Source: Octopus sinensis | Taxonomy: Eukaryota | Direction: 5' to 3' | Length of the DNA stretch: 29,948 bases | Assembly (NCBI RefSeq): GCF_006345805.1 | Contig: NW_021832916.1 | Span: 1 to 29,948 of the forward strand | In this document: one piece after another, positions 10,513 to 22,378 of the stretch | How the letters are laid out: each line of letters begins with the position of its first letter | Numbering within the stretch: position 1 is the first letter of the stretch | The notes under the pieces: model-generated | What the model was told of the DNA's origin: nothing | The model's database searches: none | Seen by the model: the letters and a program-made list of their open reading frames with translations, nothing else | Made by a program: the position numbers and the translations under genes

Positions 10513-10578
10513 TTTATATTTTTTACAAACAACTACAATGCTTCAAGCGAATGACAATACACTCCTCTCTCTCTCTTT

Positions 10579-10612
<34 letters not shown>

Positions 10613-10694
10613 CAGAGAAAGAGAGAGAGAGAGAGAGCAAATGATATAAAGGTTTTAGTAAGAGTGTGGGAGAATGTTGTGTTGGAGAGAAGGT

Positions 10695-11876
10695 GTTTCT
10701 CGAAGTGTCCTTCCAGTTACAACTGAAAAACTATAAACTTTGAAGGACTTGCTTTCTGTTTCTAGTAAGATGTGAGAAAATATGTTGGTCTCTTTCTTTT
10801 ATAAATTCTTCTCAATTGTCCTTCAAATTTTTATATGACAAACATAGTGAATTGAAAGTCACACGGCTTCTATTTCTAGAATGAAGAATACCACATATGG
10901 GAAAAGATTTTTAAAATGCTTCTTAATGTCCCTTTTAATTATTTAATGGAAACAAATGTAAATTTGTGTGCAGTTGGCTGTTATTTCTAGCATAATGTGA
11001 AATCATGTAGAGGACAATTATTTTAATAAATGCTTCTTAAATTGTCCTTCAATGCTTGCACTATTTAATTTCTTCAATTATAAACTTACAAAGTATTTAT
11101 GTAATTAGTCATTAGTTAAATAATTAATTATTTAAATTAAGCTGCACCAAAATTTAAATCAGAGAAGTTGTTAGAAATAAAAGGAGAGGAAGAAGGAGAG
11201 GGTAATAATATAATGAAGAGGAGGAGGGAGATAGAGAGGAAGAAAGGAAAATAGAGAGGGATACCTAGGGAAGGGGAGGGACACGTTAATGTATGAGGTT
11301 AGAGAGAGGAAGAGAAACTGATATATAGTATCAGTAAGTGAGGGAGGGGATGAGGTGAGCGGTATGGCAAGGGAGGCGGGGTTTAAAATAAATATATAAT
11401 GAAGTGGAGGAGGGAGAGAGGAGACAAAGAGGGAGAAGTCGATTGCTATGTTTTGTAGGCGAGAGAGAGAGAGAGAGAGAGAGAGAAAGGGGATGGAAAT
11501 AGAAGGCAAGAGAGGGAGAGGCACTGTAATATATAATGAGGCGGGAAGAGAGATACTGTTAGCTACAGAGAGAGAAGGCAAACGATAAATACATTTACTA
11601 ATAGAGGAAGGGTAAGAGGTAAGAGGGGCGGAGTCAATCCACATTAAATGGGGTGAGAGTGTTTACTGAGAGAGGGAGAGTCAGAGGTAAGGAATATATA
11701 ACGAAGGGCGGGGAAGTAGAGAGTCAGAGCAAGGATAATAACTCTTACCACAACCCTTTTTGCTTTAAACTGTTTTCCTTTTTATTGAGTCTAATGAAAT
11801 CTGTTTTCTTGCGCAAACTCTACAGGTTTCCAAATATGATTTAATGAGAATAACACATCGAAGTGTTTATAACACA
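10695..11876 (+). repeat. Unclassified composite repeat, compact copy
   Basis: Colinear with 14985-17140: ~115-bp subrepeats, TATGTAATTA..TTAGTTAAATAATTA block, purine-rich region, GGGCGGAGTCA, and ATAACTCTTA..TTCTTGCGCA..TTTCCAAA.ATGATTTAATG..ATCGAAG. Confidence 0.78.
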
Positions 11877-12250
11877 CTGGCAGTATCGCCCGGCGTTGCT
11901 CGGGTTTGTAAGGGAAATAACTATATAAGCATTTTTAGAGAGTTATAGCCAAAAAATAGCAAAAAATGCATTATAATTTTTTTTTAAATCGTTGACTCAT
12001 CGAAGACATTTCTAGAGAGTTACTTCCCTTATATAATAGCGAAAAATGCATTAAAATGGAAAAAAATGATGGTAATTTTTTTTTTTAATCGTAGACTCAT
12101 CGTAGACGTACGCTAATACCCAGAAGGGATCGATATGAATCACGACTATAAGATACCCGGTTTTGGTTAAACTGCACCGCAAAATGTGGGAGTAGTTAGG
12201 AATCTAAATCGTAGGAGACAGACACACAACCTTACTTTTATATATAAAGA
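11877..12250 (-). mobile_element. Non-autonomous Helitron
   Basis: The minus strand starts A|TCTTTATATATAAAAG and ends with hairpin CCCGAGCAACGCCGGG followed by ...CTGCCAG|T (CTAG variant). Inserted between A and T with no TSD. Internal duplication TAGAGAGTTA...AAAAATGCATTA. Confidence 0.85.
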
Positions 12251-13126
12251 TTATCAATAAATATCGAACACTTTTCTACGTCACTGATTCGTTTTTCGCT
12301 TGACATCTCACAATTTCGCTTTTTTACACTTTCGTTTCTTAGTCTTTAATTAGTTTCCAGGGAACACAAATTAAGGAAAAGTATTAAGTTAGCCTCTCTT
12401 AGCAACACACAACACACGCTTTCTGTCTCGCAACCCCCATCGACACATACACACATCCATATCCATTTCCTCTCTCTTTCACTTTATGCTGCCTTCGAAG
12501 TCTGTCAATTTTCACCTACGAAAATAAATAAATAAATTTTAATGAATTTACCGAGCGCTGTAACTTAACAGTTGATTAAAAGTGACATTTCCCCGAGTTA
12601 TATCGAAGGATCGCCTATATGTGTGTATGTAGTAGTTGAGAAATGTATCATAAGATTTATAAATGTATTATTATCAGCTGATTAAGAGAAATTCACTCAA
12701 AGGACATTTCCCCAGGTGTCAACAGCAAGTAGGAATCACGTTCAATCTCCTCTGAAATATTTATGACAGTTAACCTTTCTTATGCCATTAATTATATTTA
12801 TATGTTTCTTTGAGTATTAATATCTGACTGTACTGATTCATTCTATCGGATGCTGTTACACGTCGCTGCTCACGATGCCCTTCCAGTTCTTTCTTGATTG
12901 GGTCATTCTGTGCCATCTTCGCCCAAATATTTCAACTGTCTTGATGTCTTCATTAAATCATTCTCGCAAAATCATGTCCTAACTAGACATGTCTGTATTG
13001 TTATGAGAACATAACTATATAAATGTGACACTTCAAAACGATAGGCATTTTTACCTCCGCCTAAATTCGGGGGTTAGTTTCGTAGATTTTAAACACAGCA
13101 ACAATTAATCCATTCGTTGTAGCTCG

Positions 13127-14984
13127 GAAAGAAAGAAAGAAAACACAAAGAGAGAAAGAAAGAAAGAAAGAAAGCAAAAAGAAAGAAAGGAAGAGTAAAG
13201 AAAGAAAGAAAAAAAGAAAGATAGAAAGAAAAAAGAAATTAAGTAAAAGGGAAACAAAATGAAATAAATAAAAAGAAAGAAAGAATGAGATTAAGGGAAA
13301 GAATGAGAGTGACAGAGAGAGAGAGTAAAAAGAAGGAAAGAATGAAAGAGAAAGAGAGAGGGAGGAAGAAAGAAAAGAGAAAAAGTAGGAATGATAGAAG
13401 GGAGGGGGGAAGGAAAAAAGTAATGTGATTCTGTAATAATACATGAAATGAGAGCGGAAGAAATAAATAAAGAAAGAAAGAAAGGAAAAAAGAAAGAAAG
13501 AAAGGAAAAAAGAAAGAAAGTAAGAAAGAAATTAAGAAGAAAGAAAAAGGGAGAAAGAAAGGAGCAAAAAAAGAAGAGGAAGGAAGGAAAGGTAGAAAGA
13601 AAAGAAAGATAGAAAGGGAAAAGAAGGAAATTTAGAAAGAATGAAACAAAAATAGAAAGGAGGAAAGGGGAAAGAAAGGAAAGAAGAAAAGATAGAAGGA
13701 AAAAGAAGGAAAGATAGAAAGAATGAAGGGAAGAAAGAAGGAAAAAGAAGGAAAAAGAAGGAAAGAAAGAGAGAAAGATAAGAGCTGGGCGAGAGGGAGA
13801 GAGAGAAAAAGGAGAAAAGGAAAAGAAAACAAAGAAAAGCAACGAAACAACGACGAAAAAAAGAAAGGAAGAAAAAGAAAAGAAGCAAAGGAGAAGGAAA
13901 GATAAGAGCGAAGAAAGAAAAGAGAATGAAGGGAAAGAAGAAGGAAATGAAAAACTGAAAGAAAACTAAAGAAATAACGAAAATGAAAGAAGGAAACAGA
14001 AAAAGATGAGAGAAATGAAAGAAGAAATAAAGAAAGAAAGAAAGAAAGGAAGGGGAATGAATGAAAGAAAGAAAGAAGAAAGAAAAGAAGAAAGAAAAAA
14101 GAAGAAAGAAAGAAAGAAAAAAGAAAGAAAGAAAGGAAATTGAAAGAAAGAAAGAAAGGAAATTGAAAGAAAGAAAGAAAGAAAGGAAGAAAGAAAGGAA
14201 GAGAGGAAAATGAACGAAAAAAAGGAAGAAAGAAAGAATAAGAGAGAGATAGAAAGGAAGGTGACGTAATTCTGTAAAAATGATAAGATGTAAGAGGGAG
14301 AGGGAGAGAGAGAGGAGGAGTATGAGATGAGAGAGAAAGAGTAAAAAGGTGGAGCATTAATATATAATAAGGTGATAGAGAGAGGGAGAGGGAGAGAGGG
14401 AGAAAGAGAGAGACAGACAAACAGAGACACGGAGACAGAGAGAGAGACATGAGAAGCGAGAGGGCGAAAGAGAGAGACTGAAATAGAGAAATGGAGAGAG
14501 CAAAGAGAGAGAAAGACAGACAAAGAGAAAGAGAGGGAGAGGGAAAGGGAGGAGAAAGGGAGGGAAAGAATGAGGTAAGAGAATCAGAGAATATTATATA
14601 AGGAGGTGGAGGGAGAGAGAGAAGGATACATAGGTTTAGAAAGAGAGGGAGAGTGTGACGTGGGGCGGAGCGCAAAAGAGGTAGAGGGAGAGTATGAGAT
14701 ATGAGGTGGTAAAGAGGGAGGGAGAGAGAGACAAAAAGTGAGCGGGGGAGGAAACAGAGGTGATGTATGAGATATATGCTTTGTGAGGGAGGGAGAGTAA
14801 GAGTTGAGAGAAAACGAGGGATGAGGGAGGCGGGGTTAAACAATAACATAAATAAGTGAAAGAGGGGGGAGTTGAGAAGGAGAGGGAATGATGTGTGTGA
14901 TAAGAGAGGGAGTCTATCATGTATTAGAGAAAGGAAGAGGGGAAGGAAGAGGTATTAATACAGAATGGGGAAGGAGAGAGAAGA
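13127..14984. repeat. ~1.9-kb polypurine low-complexity tract ((GAAA)n grading into (GA)n)
   Basis: Almost exclusively A/G on the + strand, especially 13127-14260. Confidence 0.92.
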
Positions 14985-15864
14985 GTTTCGAAGTGTCCTT
15001 CATTTTCATATGAAACACAAAACCAAACTTTAACATACTTGGCTGTTATTTCTAGCATCACATTTGATCCCCATTTGGACTATATTTCTCCACATGCTTC
15101 TTAAAGTGTCCTTCATGAAAACAATATAAATTATAGTGTGGTGGGCAGTTATTTCTAGCAAGATAACAGACCACCAATACGTTTTATAGACGCTTCTTCA
15201 CTTGGTTTCTCTTTCGATGAAGAAGTCTGACCAGATCCGGGAAAAAGTTTTATAAATGCTTCTTAAATTGTCTTTCAATTTCGTATGAAAAACAAAGCAA
15301 CTTTGAGTGTAGTGGGCTGTTATTTCTAGCATGATGTCAAACCAGGTGTAGGAGGATTCTTTGAATAAATGCTTCTTAAATTGTCCGTCAATGTCTCGGC
15401 TATTTATTTGCTCATTAAGGACTACACAGTAATTATGTAATTAATGGTTAGTTAAATAATTAGCTTCTGGTAAAATAATTAGCGAGAGAGAAATTTGAAG
15501 TAAATCTGAAAATATAATTTATTTGTAAGAAAGTAAGGTTTCTTAGGGATAAGGGGAGAGGAAGAGGAGAGGGTGAGATATAAGGGATGGGGGATAGAGA
15601 GAAGAGAAAGGAAGAAAGAGTGAGAGAGAGAAGGCCTAGGGGAGGGAGGATATTTAATATATTATTAGAGGACAGAGAAAGAATGAGAGTGGGAGAGAGA
15701 GAGAGAGAGAGACAGAATGCGTGAGAGAGAGAGATAGAGAGAAAGAAAGGAAGGAAGAGTGAGAGAGAGAAGCCCTAGGGAAGAGGAGGGATATATTAAT
15801 GTATGAGGAAGCAGAGAGGGGGAGTGAGAGTGGGAGAGAGAGAGACAGAATGCGTGAGAGAGAA

Positions 15865-15897
<33 letters not shown>

Positions 15898-17140
15898 AAG
15901 AAAGGAAGAAAGAGTGGGAGAGAGAAAGCCTAGGGAAGGGGAGGGAATTATTAATGATTGAAGAAGCAAGAAAGAAGAGTGGGAGAGAGAGAGAGAGATA
16001 GAAAGGAAGAAAGAGTGAGAGAGAGAAAGCCTAGGGAAGATGAGGATATATTAATGTATGAGGAAGCAGAGAGAATGAGAGTGTGAGAGAGAGGAGCAGA
16101 ATGCGTGAGAGAGGAGAGAGAGAAAAAAGGGAAGAAAGAGTGAGAGAGAGAAAGCCTAGGGAAGGGGATATATATATTATGTAGAAAGCAGAGAAGAAGA
16201 GAAGTGGGAGAAAGAGAGAGAGACAGAAGCGTGAGAGAGAGAGAGAGAGAAAGAAAGAAGAAAGGGTGAGAGAGAAACACTAGGAAGGGGAGGGATATAT
16301 TAATGTATGAGGAAGCAGAGAAAGAATGAGAGTGGGAGAGAGAGAGACAGACAGAATGCGTGAGAGAGAGAGAGAGAGAGAAAGAAAGGAAGAAAGAGTG
16401 AGAGAGAGAAACCCTAGGGAAGGGGAGGGATATATTAATGTATGAGGAAGGAAAGAAAGAATTAGAGTGGGAGAGAGAGAGAGAGAGAGAGAGAAAGAAA
16501 GGAAGACTGAGTGAGAGAGAGAAACATATTAATGTATGAGGAAGCAGAGAAAGAATGAGAGTGGAGAAGAGAGAGAGACAGAATGCATGTGTGTGTGAGA
16601 GAGAGAGAGCGAGAGAGACAGACATATATACAGTTAGTGAGGGAGAGGAAGAGGTGAACGCTTTTCCAAGGGAGGTGGGCGGTGATTAAAATGAATATAT
16701 AATGAGGTTCTGAGAGAAAGGAGACAAAGAGGGAGAAGTGGGAGGATATGTTTCGTAGGGGGGAGAGAAAGAGTATGAAAGGCATTAAGGTTTCAGTGAG
16801 GTACAGACAGAGGAATTAAGAGAAAAGCAAGGGAGGGGGAAGCATTGGGTAATATATAGGAGGGTGGAGGGAGGCGAAGAGAAAGAGACAAAGAGGGAGA
16901 GCGCGCTTATTGGACGATATATATTTAGTAATAGGGGAAGGGTATGAGTTAATAAAGAAAGCAAAATGGGCGGAGTCAGTCTACGTTATGCAAAGTGGTG
17001 GGAGGAGTCAACGTTGAAAGGGTAAGAACAATAACTCTTATTGCATCCCTTTTCGCTTTAAATTGTATTTTTTTCTTGCGCAGAATTTGAAGATTTCCAA
17101 AAATGATTTAATGTAAATAATAGATCGAAGGGTTTAATAT
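14985..17140 (+). repeat. Unclassified composite repeat, expanded copy with an internal purine-rich minisatellite
   Basis: Colinear with 10695-11876. The unit CCTAGGG(G)AAGGGGAGGGATATATTAATGTATGAGGAAGCAGAG..CAGAATGCGTGAG is repeated about 7-8 times in 15600-16620. Confidence 0.78.
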
Positions 17141-17282
17141 TGCAATTCTTGCCCCTTAATTTCCTCCTCGTAATCTTCACACTGCACCCTGCATCTATTG
17201 TGGATGCAGCTGCTAGAAATAGCAGCCAAACATCGCATACTAAATGAAACCTCTTATTTCTTTAATTGCTTCAAAATTTATT

Positions 17283-17411
17283 TATTAAGTTGAGGAAAAA
17301 GTTCGTGCGTTTGGTCTTTATTTTGAAGAATATTTGTTGCTTTTGAATAAATTCTTGCATAAAACAATCATTATTTTAACACGACGCACAGACTTTTCCC
17401 TCAATCTAATA
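17283..17411. mobile_element. 129-bp mariner-type MITE (MADE-like)
   Basis: TATTAAGTTGAGGAAAAAGTTCGTGCGT versus the reverse complement of the right end TATTAGATTGAGGGAAAAGTCTGTGCGT (23/28 identical). TA at both ends. Confidence 0.78.
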
Positions 17412-18117
17412 GTTTCTATTTTATAATTGGCATTTGGTCAGATAACTGCAAAGATTAGCCATTGACTGTCCACTACAAAGAGAAGGGAGCAAGAATATGC
17501 AATGAAAGTGCAGTTTAGTGCAGCCGTGCACTGGTTGTCGTCCTATTTTAAGCTGCAAAAATGTGAAAGTAAACTTCGAGAAGGAAAGGGATCAGACCGG
17601 AAGTGATGAGAATAGAACAGGAAACAAGTGAATGCCATCTAACGGAGAACAATTCAGCTCATAGTGACCACGCCTCTACCACCGAAACATCTCGACACAC
17701 TGTTTTTACTCATCGCAGGCCGGTCTCATGGATGTGTGACGGAGCTGTGTTGCCGGGAAAGAGCTACGAGAACGGAAATCGACGGAAATTGACGCATCTC
17801 GACGGTTATGAAGGAGTTCAGTGTGAAGATATTAAATGCCTTTCGCTATTGCTTCAGATGTTTGACACCCGAATTTCCTGCCTCAGAGCTTCCAGAAAAT
17901 GGAGATTTTAAATTATATTTTCTAAAACTGAGCTTCTGATGCTGTAAATTGCGATTATATCGGAATATTTGATGAAAACATTTTTCCTTCTTCGATGTGA
18001 GGAGTTTTGGAAAACTCACACAAGGCGTCTGGCTTTTGTCACAACTTTCAGAAAATTAGTAAATTTTTTATGGACTTTTCGATAAATGCCTTTCAGAGTG
18101 TGTCGATTACAATTATA

Positions 18118-18636
18118 AAATAATAATAATAATGAAATTATTGTATACAGTGCTCAGGTGCACCACAACTTGTCAGAAAGTGCGTATAAGGTGTATGCAG
18201 TAATGTACAAATGTCTGGAAAGCGAACAATGTATGAGTCAAATACATGCTTGTGTGTGTATGGAGGGGAGAAGATCAGGTGTAGTGTTGGCGAATCTCAG
18301 AAAGCATGGAAGTTCTGAAGGATGCAGTGCTCCGACAACTAACAACTGATGCCGGCAGTTTGTTCCATGCTTGTGTGTGTATGGAGGGGAGAAAATCAGG
18401 TGTAGTGTTGGCGAATCTCAGGAAGCATGAAAGTTTTGAAGGATGCAGTGCTCAGACAATTAACAACTGATGCCGGCAGTTTGTTCCATGCTTGTGTGTG
18501 TATGGGGGGGAGAAAATCATGTGTAGTGTTGGCGAATCTCAGGAAGCATGAAAGTTTTGAAGGATGCAGTGCTCAGACAATTAACAACTGATGCCGGCAG
18601 TTTGTTCCATGCTTCAGCAACTCTCAGCGTGAAAAA
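18118..18636 (-). mobile_element. CR1-clade LINE 3' end with a triplicated 121-bp segment
   Basis: Minus strand FFTLRVAEAWNKLPASVVNCLSTASFKTFMLPEIRQHYT*, then 3' UTR and (TTA)n tail. Units start at 18245, 18366 and 18487. Confidence 0.88.
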
Positions 18637-18850
18637 TCATATCGGAAATGAATAAGAGAAAATTAATTTGGTGGATTATTACACATGCATAGTACAACAG
18701 GTCACATATCGACAAAAGGAAACTTGAAATTTCGAAGGAAATTATGATGTGCGCCAGTGTGTGTGTGTGTGTGTGTGTGTGTGTTCATTATTTTTTCTTT
18801 CCAAATTAAATTCCAATATAATCGCATTTTACACACACTGTAACGGATTT

Positions 18851-19250
18851 CTCTTTTACTCATTTACTTGTTTCAGTCATTAGACTGTGGCCATGCTGGA
18901 GCACCGCCTTTAGTCGAGCAACTCGATCCCGGGACTTATTCTTTTGTAAGCCCAGTACTTATTCTATCGGTGTCTTTTGCCGAACCGCTAAGTAACGGGG
19001 ACATAAACACACCAGCATCGGTTGTCAAGCATTGCTAGGGGGACAAACACAGACACACAAACAGGCATATATATATATACATATATACGACGGGTTTCTT
19101 TCAGTTTCCGACTACCAAATCCACTCACAAGACTTTGGCCGGCCCGAGGCTATAGTAGAAGACACTTACCCAAGGTGGCACGCAGTGGGACTGAACCTGG
19201 AACCATGTGGTTGGTAAGCAAGCTACTTACCACACAGCCACTCTTGCACC
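18851..19250 (-). mobile_element. SINE family A, full length
   Basis: A/B boxes, body and tail as above. Confidence 0.92.
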
Positions 19251-19389
19251 TGTAGAAAATTACGTTAGAAAATAACCCATTTTGTTAAAGTTCTGAGCAA
19301 ACACAGACAATTCGTGTGAATTTTACGAAACTCATCTTTCTGCCCACAGACAAATTTGTTTCGCTACAAATTCCGATATAATCAGAATG

Positions 19390-19642
19390 ATCACCATCTG
19401 AAGCGTATTTACAGAAACTTTAATCAAATAATGTCTGTTTGTCGGGGAAACAAATGAGGAAACAAATTCGGTGCCTCGCACACATCTGTGAGAATGGCTG
19501 CCTTCTCAACACGGATCTTCTGCTAGAAATCGCTGTTCCAGTCGGAAAACTTCTCGGCTGTCCTCTTCCGCATCTGTGCGTGTCGGTGGGACATTACCGT
19601 CAAATCCAAGCACCATCTGAGTCGTCTCTTTTCCTCACTAAC

Positions 19643-19686
<44 letters not shown>

Positions 19687-20000
19687 AATTCTTTCTTTCT
19701 TTCTCTCTGAGTGTTATGTTGCAGCCCTACCCAACCATCAGAATCCTCCTCACCTGACCTAAGACCGACAATGACAGAGAAAGTAGCTGTCCATCTGCAG
19801 CTGACATGTACCCTAAGCCTCGACTCCTTGAAGCATCAACGGCTTAAAATGTGTAAGAAGCCGGTTCCCATTGTTAACAGCATGTAGGTCGACGGCAGAA
19901 ATATCTGGTCGGTTGTGAAAGATTGAGACAGATGCACAGGTATCTCGACGAAATTCAGCTGCGGGGAAGTGGCATCTGTCTTTACGATCAACCATGTGTT
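19390..20000. promoter_or_regulatory. Candidate bHLH E-box cluster (putative enhancer)
   Basis: Seven CATCTG/CAGATG sites plus CAGCTG x2, CACCTG, CAAATG and CATGTG in ~610 bp of otherwise unique sequence. Confidence 0.4.
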
Positions 20001-20072
20001 TCATTTTTCTTGAATCTTTTATTTAAATAAGAAATTTCAGTGTTTTTCCCTTTTGTACAGACATATTACGTT

Positions 20073-20250
20073 TATTAAGTTGTCCAAAAATGTCTGACAA
20101 ATAGAATAATTTGTATAACGAATCTTCATTGTGGAACAAATCTGAATTTAATCCCAGCAGGAATATTATGTCTTCATTTTCTTAAAGTTCTAACAATTGT
20201 TTCAAAGCTTCTCCATTTCAGATTCATCACACTTCTGTTCTTCATAAAAC
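20073..20250 (-). mobile_element. Possible highly decayed mariner 3' end
   Basis: TIR-like TATTAAGTTGTCCAAAAATGTC resembles the end at 17283. Minus-strand ESEMEKL* weakly resembles mariner GIEKL. Confidence 0.3.
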
Positions 20251-20530
20251 TTTGCTGAAATTGGATGCCATTTCGTCAAAGAAGAGGAAACTATTGAGAA
20301 CAAGAATTTTAATAACGTTAATAATTTTAACCACTTCTTGTAATATTGCAAAAGTATCTGGAAATATTTTGTGAGAAACAAACACCTCTCAGTGAAGATT
20401 GTAATAAGTGACAGAAATAGGGTTTTTATCTTACAGTTAACTTGAACCCCAATTTCCCTCCTTATCATAGCTTCTGCACCTTTATTACATACTACATTAA
20501 ATTTATACCATCCAAGGCCTAGTTCTATCT

Positions 20531-20929
20531 CTCTTTACTCTTTTACTTGTTTCAGTCATTTGACTGCGGCCATGCTGGAGCACCGTCTTTAATCGAGCAA
20601 CTCGACCCCGGGACTTATTCTTCGTAAGCCCAGTACTTATTCTATCGGTCTCTTTTGCCCCCCCGCTAAGTGACGGGGACGTAAACACACCAGCATCTGT
20701 TGTCAAGCAATGCTAGGGGACAAACACAGACACACACACGCACATACACATATATATACATATATACGACGGGCTTCTTTCAGTTTCCGTCTACCAAATC
20801 CCCTCACAAGGCATTGGACGGCCCGGGGTTATAGCAGAAGACACTTGCCCGAGATGCCACGCAGTGGGACTGAACCAGGAACCATGTGGTTGGTAAGCAA
20901 GCTACTTACCACACAGCCACTCCTGTGCC
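20531..20929 (-). mobile_element. SINE family A, full length
   Basis: A/B boxes, body and tail. Confidence 0.92.
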
Positions 20930-20937
20930 TATATATA

Positions 20938-21079
20938 TGTTATTTTATTTTACTTGTTTCAGTCATTTGACAGTGGCCATGCTGGAGCACCGCCTTTAGT
21001 CGAGCAAATCGATCAGGCCGTCAAGAAGGCTATCCATATGCTAGAAATGGCAGCCAAAGCTAACGAAAGTTCGATAAAA

Positions 21080-21150
<71 letters not shown>

Positions 21151-21190
21151 GCTAGAAATGGCAGCCAAAGCTAACGAAAGTTCGATAAAA

Positions 21191-21239
<49 letters not shown>

Positions 21240-21332
21240 CTCTCTCTCTCTCTTCTTCATCATCATCATCATGATATATATGAATATATATGTCTGAGTC
21301 ACTTTTCATTGACGAAAATCTGAGCTGCCTCT
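20938..21332. repeat. Composite module copy 1: SINE-A tail fragment + TCAGGCCGTCAAGAAGG...GATAAAATAAG + (CT)n + CATCAT...GAGCTGCCTCTG
   Basis: Repeated at 22212-22378 (truncated) and 23099-23378. 21148-21195 is an internal re-duplication. Confidence 0.85.
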
Positions 21333-21954
21333 GAGAAAATACGAATTAGATCGTCATATATATATACGTATGTATGTGTGTGTGTATGCATGCATTTGTG
21401 TATACGCCTGTGTATGCATGCATGCATGTATGTATGTATGTATGTATGTATGTATACATGTATGTGTGTGTATATACACTTGTTTTGGCAGAAGAGTAAG
21501 GTATTTTAATTACATTTTAATTACATTTGCAGCCACAGCCAATTTACGCTTCAATTAACATCCTGTTGTCCAGTTAAGTTGCTGCGAAGGGCGACAACAC
21601 ACCCCTCATCGGTATTAAAAAATAGGTATTTCGTCTAAAGCTAAGCTACACACACACACACACACAGATATATATATATATGTGTGGTGTGTGTGTGTGA
21701 GTCTGTATATATGTATGTATGTGTGTATGTATGCATGTATCTATCTATCTAACTATCTATCAATCTATCCATATATATATATATATATATGCGGACAATA
21801 CACGCAGACAAATACACACGCACACATACACACACACACACACACAAATATATATATGTTTATATATTTCAAAATAGAATATTACCCTTTAACAGGTAAT
21901 TTTAACTTGCTAAAAATAGCAGCCATATATGTATATATATATTCTCTTTCTCTT

Positions 21955-22378
21955 TCTCTTTTACTTGTTTCAGTCATTTTGACTGCGGCCATGCTGGAGC
22001 ACCGCCTTTAATCGATTAACTCGACCCCGGGACTTATTCTTTGTAAGCCCAGTACTTATTCTATCGGTCTCTTTTTTGCCGAACCGCTAAGTGACGGGGA
22101 CGTAAACACAGCAGCATCTGTTGTCAAGCAATGCTAGGGGGACAAACACAGACACACACACGCACATACACATATATATACATATATACGACGGGCTTCT
22201 TTCAGTTTCCGTTATTTTATTTTACTTGTTTCAGTCATTTGACAGTGGCCATGCTGGAGCACCGCCTTTAGTCGAGCAAATCGATCAGGCAGTCAAGAAG
22301 GCTATCCATATGCTAGAAATGGCAGCCAAAACTAACGAAAATTCGATAAAATAAGTCTCTCTCTCTCTCTTCTTCTTC
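21955..22378 (-). mobile_element. Headless SINE-A fused to composite module copy 2
   Basis: The SINE breaks at CAGTTTCCG|TTATTTTATTTTACTTG. The same junction recurs at about 22841 and 23098. Confidence 0.85.

Noticed and set aside
12840-12990. Possible decayed RTE 3' end on the minus strand
   Set aside because: Only a vague resemblance; no clean motif or tail could be read.
13061-14920. Long F/L/S-rich ORFs up to 405 aa
   Set aside because: Artefacts of polypyrimidine sequence lacking stop codons. The same applies to 5361-6178 and 15951-16785.
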